The position numbers and the translations under genes were made by a program. A DNA stretch of 64,000 nt from Eubacteriales bacterium (GTDB taxonomy: Bacteria > Bacillota > Clostridia > Oscillospirales > CAG-272). The DNA is taken from the NCBI GenBank assembly GCA_045632405.1, contig JAZQWO010000030.1, positions 23,769 through 87,768 of the forward strand. The letters run 5' to 3'. The notes under the pieces were generated by a model. The model was not told where the DNA came from. It was given only the letters and a program-made list of their open reading frames with translations, and made no database searches. Below, in pieces: positions 9,780 to 17,457 of this stretch (its first letter is position 1; every line of letters starts with the position of its first letter).

Positions 9780-10226
9780 TTAATCGAGTACTGAAAGCTC
9801 TGAGTCCTCTGCAATTCTTGGAATCACTTCTCCTTCAAAGCTTGTTATATCCTTTGTGATGTAGTCAAGCACCTCAGGCTCACATATGGCAAATGTCATT
9901 TTATTTTCATTTTGCGTAACTGTTATTATTCCTTGCTTTTTGCGGTGTATTTTCAGCGCCTCATCCATATCATAAAGGCAAGCCATGTCGGAATAAACAA
10001 TCAAGAAGCAGCTTTCAAGACTGCCTCTTATTTTTTGAAGCTTGTCCTGTGTTCTCTCCTTCGCAAAGCTGTTTGCGGTTATTATTTCAATATCATTTAT
10101 TTGATAATAGCTTCTGTCAATATCTATTTCACCGTCGCAAAACACCACTATTCTGTCATAGCCGTATGCCACCAAATGATTTATAATTTTCTCTGCTCCT
10201 GCGCTTTTCAGCAAAATCGCTCTCAT
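9780..10226 (-). CDS. Small NTP-transferase-like protein with degenerate/deleted nucleotide-binding loop
   Basis: 148 aa from ATG 10226 (SD AAAGGAG). MRAILLKSAG-AEKIINHLVAYGYDRIVVF and FLIVYSDMACLYDMDEALKIHRKK resemble sugar-phosphate nucleotidyltransferases (aIiLAGG.GTRL...; fLvl.gD......dl..ll..H). The GxGTRL loop and about 20 following residues are missing. Confidence 0.45.
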   Translation of the reverse strand: MRAILLKSAGAEKIINHLVAYGYDRIVVFCDGEIDIDRSYYQINDIEIITANSFAKERTQDKLQKIRGSLESCFLIVYSDMACLYDMDEALKIHRKKQGIITVTQNENKMTFAICEPEVLDYITKDITSFEGEVIPRIAEDSELSVLD

Positions 10227-10296
10227 AATTTTCACATCTCCTTTTCTATTATTTTTTACCGAAAAGTGTATAATATTCCTCACATTTTATATTATG

Positions 10297-10316
10297 ATAT
10301 GCACACTTGTGCATAT
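10297..10316. promoter_or_regulatory. Perfect 9-2-9 palindrome (candidate operator) upstream of the NTP-transferase-like gene
   Basis: ATATGCACA-CT-TGTGCATAT. The arms are exact reverse complements. It lies 71-90 nt upstream of ATG 10226, next to a CATAAT -10-like hexamer on the minus strand. The 2-nt spacer is too short for an RNA hairpin loop. Confidence 0.4.
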
Positions 10317-10325
10317 TTAAATCGA

Positions 10326-10372
10326 AGAAAAAGCAAGAATATTGGACTATTGCCCTTTATTCTTGCTCTTTT
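10326..10372 (-). terminator. Probable terminator after the CotH gene
   Basis: AGCAAGAAT (10332-10340) and ATTCTTGCT (10359-10367), with an 18-nt loop and T-runs on both strands. Confidence 0.45.
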
Positions 10373-10377
10373 TTAAA

Positions 10378-12459
10378 TTATTTTTTCTTTCTTGTCAGCA
10401 GCACCACAACGGTCACTGTTGCAATAATTGCAATAACTCCCGCAACAGATGCTATGATAATCAAGACTGTAACTGTACTGTCATCTTTATTCGAGCCTTG
10501 ATTGCCACTGTTATTTTGGGCAGGCACGCTTGAATCCGTTGACGGCACAGAATCAACTGTCGAATTTGAATCAATTACAGGATTTGAGTCAATCACAGTG
10601 CTTGAATCAACCGGTGTTGAGTCTACATCTTGACTTGAATCTACTGTTATATCTGTGTCGATTGTGGGAGCGGACTCAGGTAATGAGCTGATTGGTGGTT
10701 CGGGTAATACAGGTTCTTTTTCTGTAAAGCTGCGCTGGCGGAGCTGCACGTTACATTCCCAATCTGTTGCGAGCCAATTAGCTCTTGCCTCTATATGCTC
10801 GCAAAGATAGCCGATTACTGTGGTTTCGTCCTCGTCATAGCCCTTTGAGTAGTAGCCATCAACAAAGTTGAATATTGGGGCTTGTGACTGCCATCTGTCA
10901 TAATGTGTACCGTCATAATATACAGGCCACTTGGAATAATTGTCAGAGTGCCATCTTGCTCTTTCCATAAAGATTGATTGACCGATTTCCTCAACCAACT
11001 GACTAACATAACCGCCTGCATCTATCATATCAAAAATTGCATCATATACTCTTGCAAACTCTTGACTCACCTTTTGGTTAAACTCAGCGTGCTGAGTAAG
11101 TCCTGCCCATATGCTTCTTCCCCTTGCCCAGTAGCCCTCGGGATTTGAAGCGCCGTTTTTGTGAATGTTACCAAGGGTATTATCACAATCCCAAAGCGGT
11201 CCCTTATAAATCTTTGATACCTGACCGTTTTTGTCAACATCCTTATAGAAGTACATGCTTGACGAGCCTGCATCATAGTTTCTGCCCAGCTCTGCCACAA
11301 TGTAAGCATAAACAAATGAGTCAATATCTACATATTCGGTATAATGCTTACCGAGGCGGTTATAGCCGTTTTTCGCCATCATTGCTTCTTCCATTTCGCC
11401 AAAAAGGGTGGCAATATACTCTACCTGCTCCTTTGAAGCATATTCAGGAGATTTAACAACATAGTGACTGCCGTTTTCGGTAATGAAGTAGCAAAGCTCA
11501 CCGCTCCAGTAGTTATTATCAAGCTCAATGAGATAACCGCCTGTAATATCGGCAGGATTTTTAACTCCCGGGATGTAGCTATATTCTGTAATAATTGTAT
11601 TTGGAATACCGCCTGTTACCTTAACTGCGGTTTCGGAATAAGTGGGATTTAATGCATCGTTTTCCTTTTCAAGCTCAAAAATATTAAGTCTTGCAGAGCT
11701 GATATTCACCTTTTCGCAAAGGAGATAAACACCGTAATACTCGCCGTCAAGGAACAAATCAACCATTTGGAACTCTGTGGTGCGCATACCCAGAAGCTCA
11801 CCGATTTTGTACATAATACTGTTACGGATTAAGGATTGGTCATCATAGTTGGCAAGAAGAAGCCATGTCTTGCTCTCTCCCATACCAAATATATCGGTTT
11901 TTGTGTCAAGCTTGATTTGAAACGGCTTTTTTGCGTATGCCTTGGTGGCATTGCCGCGCACCTTAATTTCGCTATTGTATCTGTAATCTACATACTCGTA
12001 TGAGCCGTCCTTATTTACAACGGTAACAAATGCCTGCTCGTCCTTGGCATTGTTTTTGGTTATATAGGACTCTCCCAATGTGGTTTCTATGTGAACGCTC
12101 GGCAATTCAGATGCAAAATGGAAAATCAACATATTTGATTTGCCGTTAACACGAAGGTTGAGTATATACGCTTCTTGCCCTGAGGGGGTAACATTTTTAA
12201 ACGGTGTCAAATCAAGAACTGTGCCGCTTGGCAGATTGATTCTTTGTCCTTGCAAATTTTCGTATTCAATTGATTTTGTTCCGTCGTGAGCAATTTTTAC
12301 ACTGCTTGGTGACACGTAAGATGGTAAATAGAAGTCTCCGTTCTCTGCCTTAAACTCTCTTTGGTCATTTGCCACAACATAAATATCTGCCGCACTTATT
12401 GACAAAGCAAGTATGATTATTGTCAGCAACACAAAAAACGCAAAGCATATTTTTTTCAT
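10378..12459 (-). CDS. CotH kinase family protein, secreted and C-terminally membrane-anchored
   Basis: 693 aa from ATG 12459 (SD GGGGAG), starting 1 nt after the upstream stop. Signal peptide MKKICFAFFVLLTIIILALSISA. CotH-type blocks FQIKLD, SLIRNSIMYKIGELLGM, VDLFLDGEYYGVYLLCEKV, GGYLIELD and GPLWDCDNTLGN. The C-terminus has a VDS/IDS-rich stalk, then TM helix VLIIIASVAGVIAIIATVTVVVLL and RKKK. Confidence 0.8.
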   Translation of the reverse strand: MKKICFAFFVLLTIIILALSISAADIYVVANDQREFKAENGDFYLPSYVSPSSVKIAHDGTKSIEYENLQGQRINLPSGTVLDLTPFKNVTPSGQEAYILNLRVNGKSNMLIFHFASELPSVHIETTLGESYITKNNAKDEQAFVTVVNKDGSYEYVDYRYNSEIKVRGNATKAYAKKPFQIKLDTKTDIFGMGESKTWLLLANYDDQSLIRNSIMYKIGELLGMRTTEFQMVDLFLDGEYYGVYLLCEKVNISSARLNIFELEKENDALNPTYSETAVKVTGGIPNTIITEYSYIPGVKNPADITGGYLIELDNNYWSGELCYFITENGSHYVVKSPEYASKEQVEYIATLFGEMEEAMMAKNGYNRLGKHYTEYVDIDSFVYAYIVAELGRNYDAGSSSMYFYKDVDKNGQVSKIYKGPLWDCDNTLGNIHKNGASNPEGYWARGRSIWAGLTQHAEFNQKVSQEFARVYDAIFDMIDAGGYVSQLVEEIGQSIFMERARWHSDNYSKWPVYYDGTHYDRWQSQAPIFNFVDGYYSKGYDEDETTVIGYLCEHIEARANWLATDWECNVQLRQRSFTEKEPVLPEPPISSLPESAPTIDTDITVDSSQDVDSTPVDSSTVIDSNPVIDSNSTVDSVPSTDSSVPAQNNSGNQGSNKDDSTVTVLIIIASVAGVIAIIATVTVVVLLTRKKK

Positions 12460-12460
12460 A

Positions 12461-13651
12461 TTAGTTCTCCCCATACCTTTCGGAATAATAGTCACGGTCA
12501 ATTGTCAAAACCAAATTGTACAGTGGGTTTATGTCCTTGATTCTCTTAGAAAGAATTGAAGAAATTTCATTGTTGGTAAGAACCATTTCGTCAGTTATGC
12601 TGATATCAAAAAGAACATTTGTATGCGTTACTCCCTTAACAATGCGAAAATCGTGCATTGACATAGGGTGAGAATATTCCTCAGACAATTGATTGATAAT
12701 GTCAAGGCATTTCAGTCTGAGATCGTTTGTCTCAGGGTCGGACACGGAAATAGGGTCCATATGGATAACCAAATTTATGTTTTCATTTTTAAGAAAATCA
12801 GCCTCAATGTTATCAATAAGGTCATGGCTTTCCATAATGTCGCCGTCTGCGTCAATTTCAACGTGAACGGTTGCAAAGCATCTGTTAGCGCCGTATGAGT
12901 GAATAACAAGATCGTGAATGCCCAAAACGCCGTCATAGCTCTTGATTTTTTGAATAATACTGTGGGTAAGCTCCTTATCGGGCGCTTCGCCAATCAAGGT
13001 ATTCGAGGACTCCGCTACAAGCTTAATACCCATCACCATAATGTAAACGGAAATAAGTATGCCTATAACGCCATCTGTATATGGGCCTGTATATGGGGTG
13101 ATAATCATACCCACAACAACGGCAGCGGTTGCCACAACGTCACTGATGCTATCAATGGCGGTGGCACGCAGAGCACGTGAGTCAATGTGCTTGCCTAACT
13201 TGAAGTTTAAAATAGCAACTATTATTTTGACAATAACAGTGGATGCCATAACAATAATAGATACCAGATTATAGCTTTGCGCCTCTGCCTCACCTGTCAG
13301 CTTACTGATAGATGTTGAGAGCATTTCAAAGCCAAGGAAGGTGATGATAATGGAAATGAAAAGACTGCACAAATATTCCATACGTGCGTGACCGTATGGG
13401 TGATCCTTGTCCGCAGGCTTGCCCGAAATTGTATATCCAACAACGGTTAAGATGTTAGAGCCTGAGTCGGACAAATTGTTGAGTGAGTCGGCAATAATGG
13501 AAATACTGCCGAAAATAAGACCAAACACCAGCTTAACCGCAAACAAAATGGCGTTTGCCACGATTCCGACAAAGCCGGCAAATCTACCAATTCGTACACG
13601 TACCTCGGTATTTTCCTTATCGTGGTAATTTTTAATTAACTTTTCTATCAT
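12461..13651 (-). CDS. Cation diffusion facilitator (CDF) family transporter, Asn/Asp-type transport site
   Basis: 396 aa, six TM helices plus a C-terminal cytoplasmic domain. TM2 has IADSLNNLSD (N-xxx-D where Zn-CDFs have H-xxx-D) and TM5 has AIDSISD (D-xxx-D). ATGA overlap with the upstream gene. Confidence 0.85.
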   Translation of the reverse strand: MIEKLIKNYHDKENTEVRVRIGRFAGFVGIVANAILFAVKLVFGLIFGSISIIADSLNNLSDSGSNILTVVGYTISGKPADKDHPYGHARMEYLCSLFISIIITFLGFEMLSTSISKLTGEAEAQSYNLVSIIVMASTVIVKIIVAILNFKLGKHIDSRALRATAIDSISDVVATAAVVVGMIITPYTGPYTDGVIGILISVYIMVMGIKLVAESSNTLIGEAPDKELTHSIIQKIKSYDGVLGIHDLVIHSYGANRCFATVHVEIDADGDIMESHDLIDNIEADFLKNENINLVIHMDPISVSDPETNDLRLKCLDIINQLSEEYSHPMSMHDFRIVKGVTHTNVLFDISITDEMVLTNNEISSILSKRIKDINPLYNLVLTIDRDYYSERYGEN

Positions 13652-14274
13652 ACTTCCTCTTTAACCGCGATAATATCCTTTGCATAAGGTAATGACATAA
13701 TCCAGTCGCACATTGTGTGCCATTCTGCTAGCTTATGCGTTCTTCTTGCGTAGTAAATGTTTATAAGTGTTTCGTAATTAAATGTGCAGGTGCGCATTTG
13801 ATTATAGCTTGAAGGAAGAAGCTGAATCATATCGTGCCAATAGGCTTTATCCTTTGTTTCGACATATTTGAGTCTTGCCTGCTCAAGATATTCAATTACG
13901 TTATCAAGAACCGCCAAAGCACCCTCTGTCATCCTGTCACAGCTGAAGTCTGCACGTTCAAACTCCTTTGAGTGGATTTTGTGCATTGTGGATGTGGAGT
14001 TGGCAACGGTTGCAACCTTATATGTATCGTACTCCTTCCACCAATAAAGAGGTGCGGTGATATCAACGGAAACAAAAATCTGACGGAGATATTTCCTGTG
14101 GTCAGAGCCAGCCTTTGCAAGCTTTTTAGCCAAGGCAAGGTCATTTTCACCAAGAATATAATTGCCACCCTCGTCATAATAGCTATCGCTTCTCGCCCAG
14201 GAATTGAGTGGGTTACGTGCTCCTCTTATAGCGTTTTCAAGGTTCATAACGCTGTATCTTTCAATTTTTATCAT
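13648..14274 (-). CDS. ThyX-fold-like protein lacking the RHR catalytic signature (function unknown)
   Basis: 208 aa from ATG 14274 (SD GGAGG 5 nt upstream; the ORF-track start at 14286 is TTG). GSDHRKYLRQIFVSVDITAPLYWWKEYDTYKVATVANSTSTMH aligns by eye to the T. maritima ThyX segment [41 protein letters not shown]. RHR-X7-S is replaced by TYK-X7-T. Confidence 0.5.
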   Translation of the reverse strand: MIKIERYSVMNLENAIRGARNPLNSWARSDSYYDEGGNYILGENDLALAKKLAKAGSDHRKYLRQIFVSVDITAPLYWWKEYDTYKVATVANSTSTMHKIHSKEFERADFSCDRMTEGALAVLDNVIEYLEQARLKYVETKDKAYWHDMIQLLPSSYNQMRTCTFNYETLINIYYARRTHKLAEWHTMCDWIMSLPYAKDIIAVKEEV

Positions 14275-14306
14275 AATTTCCTCCAAAAAAATTCGGTATT
14301 AAATAT

Positions 14307-14335
14307 ATAATATCATATAATAGTTGCTTTGTCAA
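14307..14335 (-). promoter_or_regulatory. Sigma-A-like promoter of the ThyX-like/CDF/CotH operon
   Basis: On the minus strand: TTGACA (14335..14330), 17 nt, TATTAT (14312..14307). Confidence 0.55.
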
Positions 14336-14431
14336 CAGAACAAGGTTACGCCCATAAATTTTGTGCTTGTGTATATTTTTTAGTTTTGAAGTAAATAATA
14401 CCCTTGCGAACCAACTGAAAGGAGCTTTTAA

Positions 14432-15079
14432 ATGAACGCACAAGACAAAAAATTCTCAAGAATTTTCTATTTAACCTTAGCAGTAATACTAACTGTCACT
14501 GCAATTATAATCATAGCGGTGGCGGTAGCAAGACGAAATCAACCATTACCAAATACAGACACTCCCTCAAGTATTTTGGACACAAATCCCGACACAAGCA
14601 CAGGCGTAGAGGAAGAGGAAAATGTATCGTTTGGTCTTCCCTTGGCGGAATGTACTCTTGATATAGATTACAGTGACACCGTTTTGGTGTTCTCCCCAAC
14701 TATGTCAGACTACCGAGCGCATTTAGGTATAGATTTACGCGGTGAAATCGGTCAAGAGGTAATGGCGGTTGCAGACGGTGTTGTGAAAAATATTTGGCAA
14801 GACCCTTTTATGGGCACATGTGTATCTATTGAGCACGATAAAAACACCATCAGCTATTACAAAAACCTTGACCCTGTGGTTAAAGAAGGGCTTGTAATAG
14901 GCACTGCCGTTTCCAAGGGTGATGTTATTGGAGCTATTGGCGAAAGCGCAATGAACGAGGTGGCGCAGGACCCACATCTTCACTTTGAGCTAAAGGTAAA
15001 CGACAAGCACGTTGACCCAAAGGACCATATAAAGCTGCCAACACCAGAGGTAACACCTGACAGCGAGGGAAACAAGTAA
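14432..15079 (+). CDS. M23/LytM family metallopeptidase with N-terminal membrane anchor
   Basis: 215 aa. TM helix IFYLTLAVILTVTAIIIIAVAV. M23 motifs HLGIDL and DPHLHFEL. Confidence 0.8.
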   Translation: MNAQDKKFSRIFYLTLAVILTVTAIIIIAVAVARRNQPLPNTDTPSSILDTNPDTSTGVEEEENVSFGLPLAECTLDIDYSDTVLVFSPTMSDYRAHLGIDLRGEIGQEVMAVADGVVKNIWQDPFMGTCVSIEHDKNTISYYKNLDPVVKEGLVIGTAVSKGDVIGAIGESAMNEVAQDPHLHFELKVNDKHVDPKDHIKLPTPEVTPDSEGNK

Positions 15080-15080
15080 T

Positions 15081-15115
15081 AAAAAGCACACAGATACTAC
15101 TCTGTGTGCTTTTTG
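15081..15115. terminator. Bidirectional rho-independent terminator
   Basis: AAAA-AGCACACAG-atactact-CTGTGTGCT-TTTT between convergent genes. Confidence 0.75.
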
Positions 15116-15151
15116 GTTATAATTCGTACAATGGGTCAAGTATTTTTAGAT

Positions 15152-16120
15152 TTATGCCCAACGCATACCTGTTGGCTTTGCTTCCTTGATCATAACCTTG
15201 TCAAGGAATTCAACAGCCTTGGAAAGACCCTCATCAATTGTCATCAAGCTATCCTCGTGCTCAATGGAAAGAACCTTATCATAGCCAACAAGACGGAGAT
15301 TTGAAACAAATGCTCTCCAAAATTCCTCGTTGTTGCCGTAGCCAACTGTACGGAAAATCCAAGAACGGTGAATTTCATCACCATAGTGCTTTGTATCAAG
15401 AACACCGTTAACTGCTGTATTTGCAGAGTCAACCTTTGTATCCTTTGCGTGTACGTGATAAATAGCGCCCTCAAGAGCTCTGATTGCCATAACAGGATTG
15501 ATGCCCTGCCAAATCAAGTGAGATGGGTCAAGGTTTGCGCCGATAACGTCACCTACTGCCGCACGGAGCTTCAAAAGTGTTTCGGGGTTATATACGCAGA
15601 AGCCAGGGTGCATTTCAAGAGCGATTTTGGTAACACCGTGAGATTTTGCAAATGCAGTTGCTTCCTTCCAATAAGGAATCAACACGTCGTTCCACTGATA
15701 GTTAAGGGTATCGAGAAAATCGTCAGGCCAAGGGCATGTAACCCAGCTTGGAAGCTTTGCATCAGGGTCAGAGCCGGGGCAGCCTGAGAATGTGATAATT
15801 GTATCAATTCCGAGCTTTTCAGCCAAGAGAATTGTATTTCTCATATCCTTGTCGAACTGTGCGGCAATTTCCTTGTTTGGATGAACAGGGTTGCCGTGTG
15901 TTGCAAGAGCGCAGATTTCTACATCATACTTTTTGAATGTGTTCTTGAATTCTTCAAGAGCCTTTGGATCTGCAAGAAGCTTTTCAGGGTCGCAGTGGTC
16001 CTTACCAGGATAACCGCCTGCACCGATTTCAACAGAATGAACGCCGAGTGAAGAAATAATTTTAAGTGCCTCGTCCAAAGGCTTGCTACCGTAAAGGTTA
16101 GCCAAAACGCTTAATTTCAT
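15152..16120 (-). CDS. Sugar phosphate isomerase/epimerase (xylose isomerase-like TIM barrel)
   Basis: 322 aa. The pattern VEIGAGGYPG...ALEMHPG...HVHAKD...SIEHED is typical of the AP-endonuclease-2/xylose-isomerase-like TIM family. Confidence 0.75.
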   Translation of the reverse strand: MKLSVLANLYGSKPLDEALKIISSLGVHSVEIGAGGYPGKDHCDPEKLLADPKALEEFKNTFKKYDVEICALATHGNPVHPNKEIAAQFDKDMRNTILLAEKLGIDTIITFSGCPGSDPDAKLPSWVTCPWPDDFLDTLNYQWNDVLIPYWKEATAFAKSHGVTKIALEMHPGFCVYNPETLLKLRAAVGDVIGANLDPSHLIWQGINPVMAIRALEGAIYHVHAKDTKVDSANTAVNGVLDTKHYGDEIHRSWIFRTVGYGNNEEFWRAFVSNLRLVGYDKVLSIEHEDSLMTIDEGLSKAVEFLDKVMIKEAKPTGMRWA

Positions 16121-16140
16121 AGCTTAATCTCCTTTTGAGA

Positions 16141-16256
16141 ACAAGGGCGAATTTTCGCCCTTGTAATTTTTATTAATTAGTTTGGGTATGTCACAGAGAA
16201 TAACTGATTAACGCACCGCGTAGTTTAGGGAGAAAAATCAGTTAAGTGAGGTGACA
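16141..16256 (-). promoter_or_regulatory. Structured intercistronic region (two hairpins) between the oxidoreductase and isomerase genes
   Basis: Hairpin 1: ACAAGGGCG-aatttt-CGCCCTTGT (16141-16164). Hairpin 2: TGTCAC (16189-94) / 6-nt internal loop / TAACTGATT (16201-09) / 26-nt loop / AATCAGTTA (16236-44) / 6-nt internal loop / GTGACA (16251-56). Confidence 0.4.
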
Positions 16257-16262
16257 GAGCCA

Positions 16263-17351
16263 TCAGTTAAAGTAGTATGGCTTGCCTGTCTTTGCAGACT
16301 CGTAAATACCCTCAAGAATCTGAGTTACGCAGTAAGCCTGCTCTGGCAATACTGTTGGCTGTGTGCCGTTGATAACAGCTTCAATCCACTGCTTAGCTTC
16401 TTGTCCGCCTGCGCTGTATCCGCCTGCATCGTAGAAAGCAACGCCCTTACCGTCAAGGTTTGGCTTTGTCTCATACATCTGGTTGTGCTTAACGCCGTTG
16501 ATTTCAAGGATACCCTGGTCGATCATCTTAGCGCCTGCCTTTGTACCGCAGATTGTTGTGCAAGCCTCCTTAGTTTCTGTCATATTGATAGCCCAAGAGG
16601 ACTCGAGAACGATTGTAGCACCGTTTTCCATAACGATAAAGCCGAATGCACTGTCTTCAACAGTGAATTCCTCAGGCTTCCACTGACCGAATACGTTAGC
16701 GGACTCCTTCTGATCGTTAAGCTTATGATATGTAGTACCAACACAGTACTTTGGCTTATAGTTGTTCATTGTCCAAAGTGTCAAGTCAAGAGCATGTGTA
16801 CCGATGTCGATAAGTGGACCGCCGCCCTGCTCATACTCGTTAATAAATACGCCCCATGTAGGAACTGCTCTTCTACGAAGCGCTGTTGCCTTTGCGTAGT
16901 AAATATCACCAAATACGCCTTCATCTGCTTCCTTCTTCAAGTAGATAGCGTCTTTTCTCTGTCTGTTCTGATAACCGATAGTGAGCATCTTGCCTGTTCT
17001 GTTAGCTGCATCAACCATCTTCTTAGCCTCTTCAGCATTGATAGCCATTGGCTTTTCACACATAACGTGCTTGCCTGACTCAAGAGCATCAACTGTGATG
17101 AAGCTGTGGCTTCTGTTAGGAGTGCAAACGTGAACAACGTCAATTGTTGTGTCCTTCAAAAGCTCCTTGTAGTCTGTGTAAACCTTAGCATCAGGGGTTC
17201 CGTACTTCTTTGCAGCTTCCTCTGCTCTTTCTTCGATAATATCGCAGAAAGCAACCATTTCAGCCTCTGCAACCTTTTGAAGTGATGGCATATGCTTGCC
17301 GTTAGCGATACCACCGCAGCCAATGATACCAATTCTTACTTTCTTTTCCAT
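16263..17351 (-). CDS. Gfo/Idh/MocA family oxidoreductase
   Basis: 362 aa from ATG 17351 (SD GGAGG). Rossmann motif VRIGIIGCGGIANGKH and the family EKP motif (VMCEKPMA). Confidence 0.85.
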   Translation of the reverse strand: MEKKVRIGIIGCGGIANGKHMPSLQKVAEAEMVAFCDIIEERAEEAAKKYGTPDAKVYTDYKELLKDTTIDVVHVCTPNRSHSFITVDALESGKHVMCEKPMAINAEEAKKMVDAANRTGKMLTIGYQNRQRKDAIYLKKEADEGVFGDIYYAKATALRRRAVPTWGVFINEYEQGGGPLIDIGTHALDLTLWTMNNYKPKYCVGTTYHKLNDQKESANVFGQWKPEEFTVEDSAFGFIVMENGATIVLESSWAINMTETKEACTTICGTKAGAKMIDQGILEINGVKHNQMYETKPNLDGKGVAFYDAGGYSAGGQEAKQWIEAVINGTQPTVLPEQAYCVTQILEGIYESAKTGKPYYFN

Positions 17352-17412
17352 GAATTTATTCCTCCGAACAAATAATATTCTCAAAAAACGCGTGTGGGTT
17401 ACACACAAACAA

Positions 17413-17441
17413 AGTATATCACATATTTACAAATTTTACAA
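17413..17441 (-). promoter_or_regulatory. Sigma-A-like promoter of the oxidoreductase/isomerase operon
   Basis: On the minus strand: TTGTAA (17441..17436), 17 nt, TATACT (17418..17413). Confidence 0.45.
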
Positions 17442-17457
17442 GTATTTAGAGCAATTT

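Noticed and set aside
16251-17078. 275-aa plus-strand ORF (Cys/Leu/Val-rich) inside the Gfo/Idh/MocA gene
   Set aside because: It is antisense to a gene with clear family motifs (GIIGCGGIA, EKP). Its composition is typical of a shadow frame, and it has no SD and no recognisable domain.
17380-17400. Possible leader attenuator (GUGUG-uaacc-CACAC followed by GCGUUUUUU) between the promoter and the Gfo/Idh/MocA start codon
   Set aside because: The stem is only 5 bp and has little predicted stability. I cannot support it as a terminator or riboswitch expression platform without a folding calculation or conservation data.
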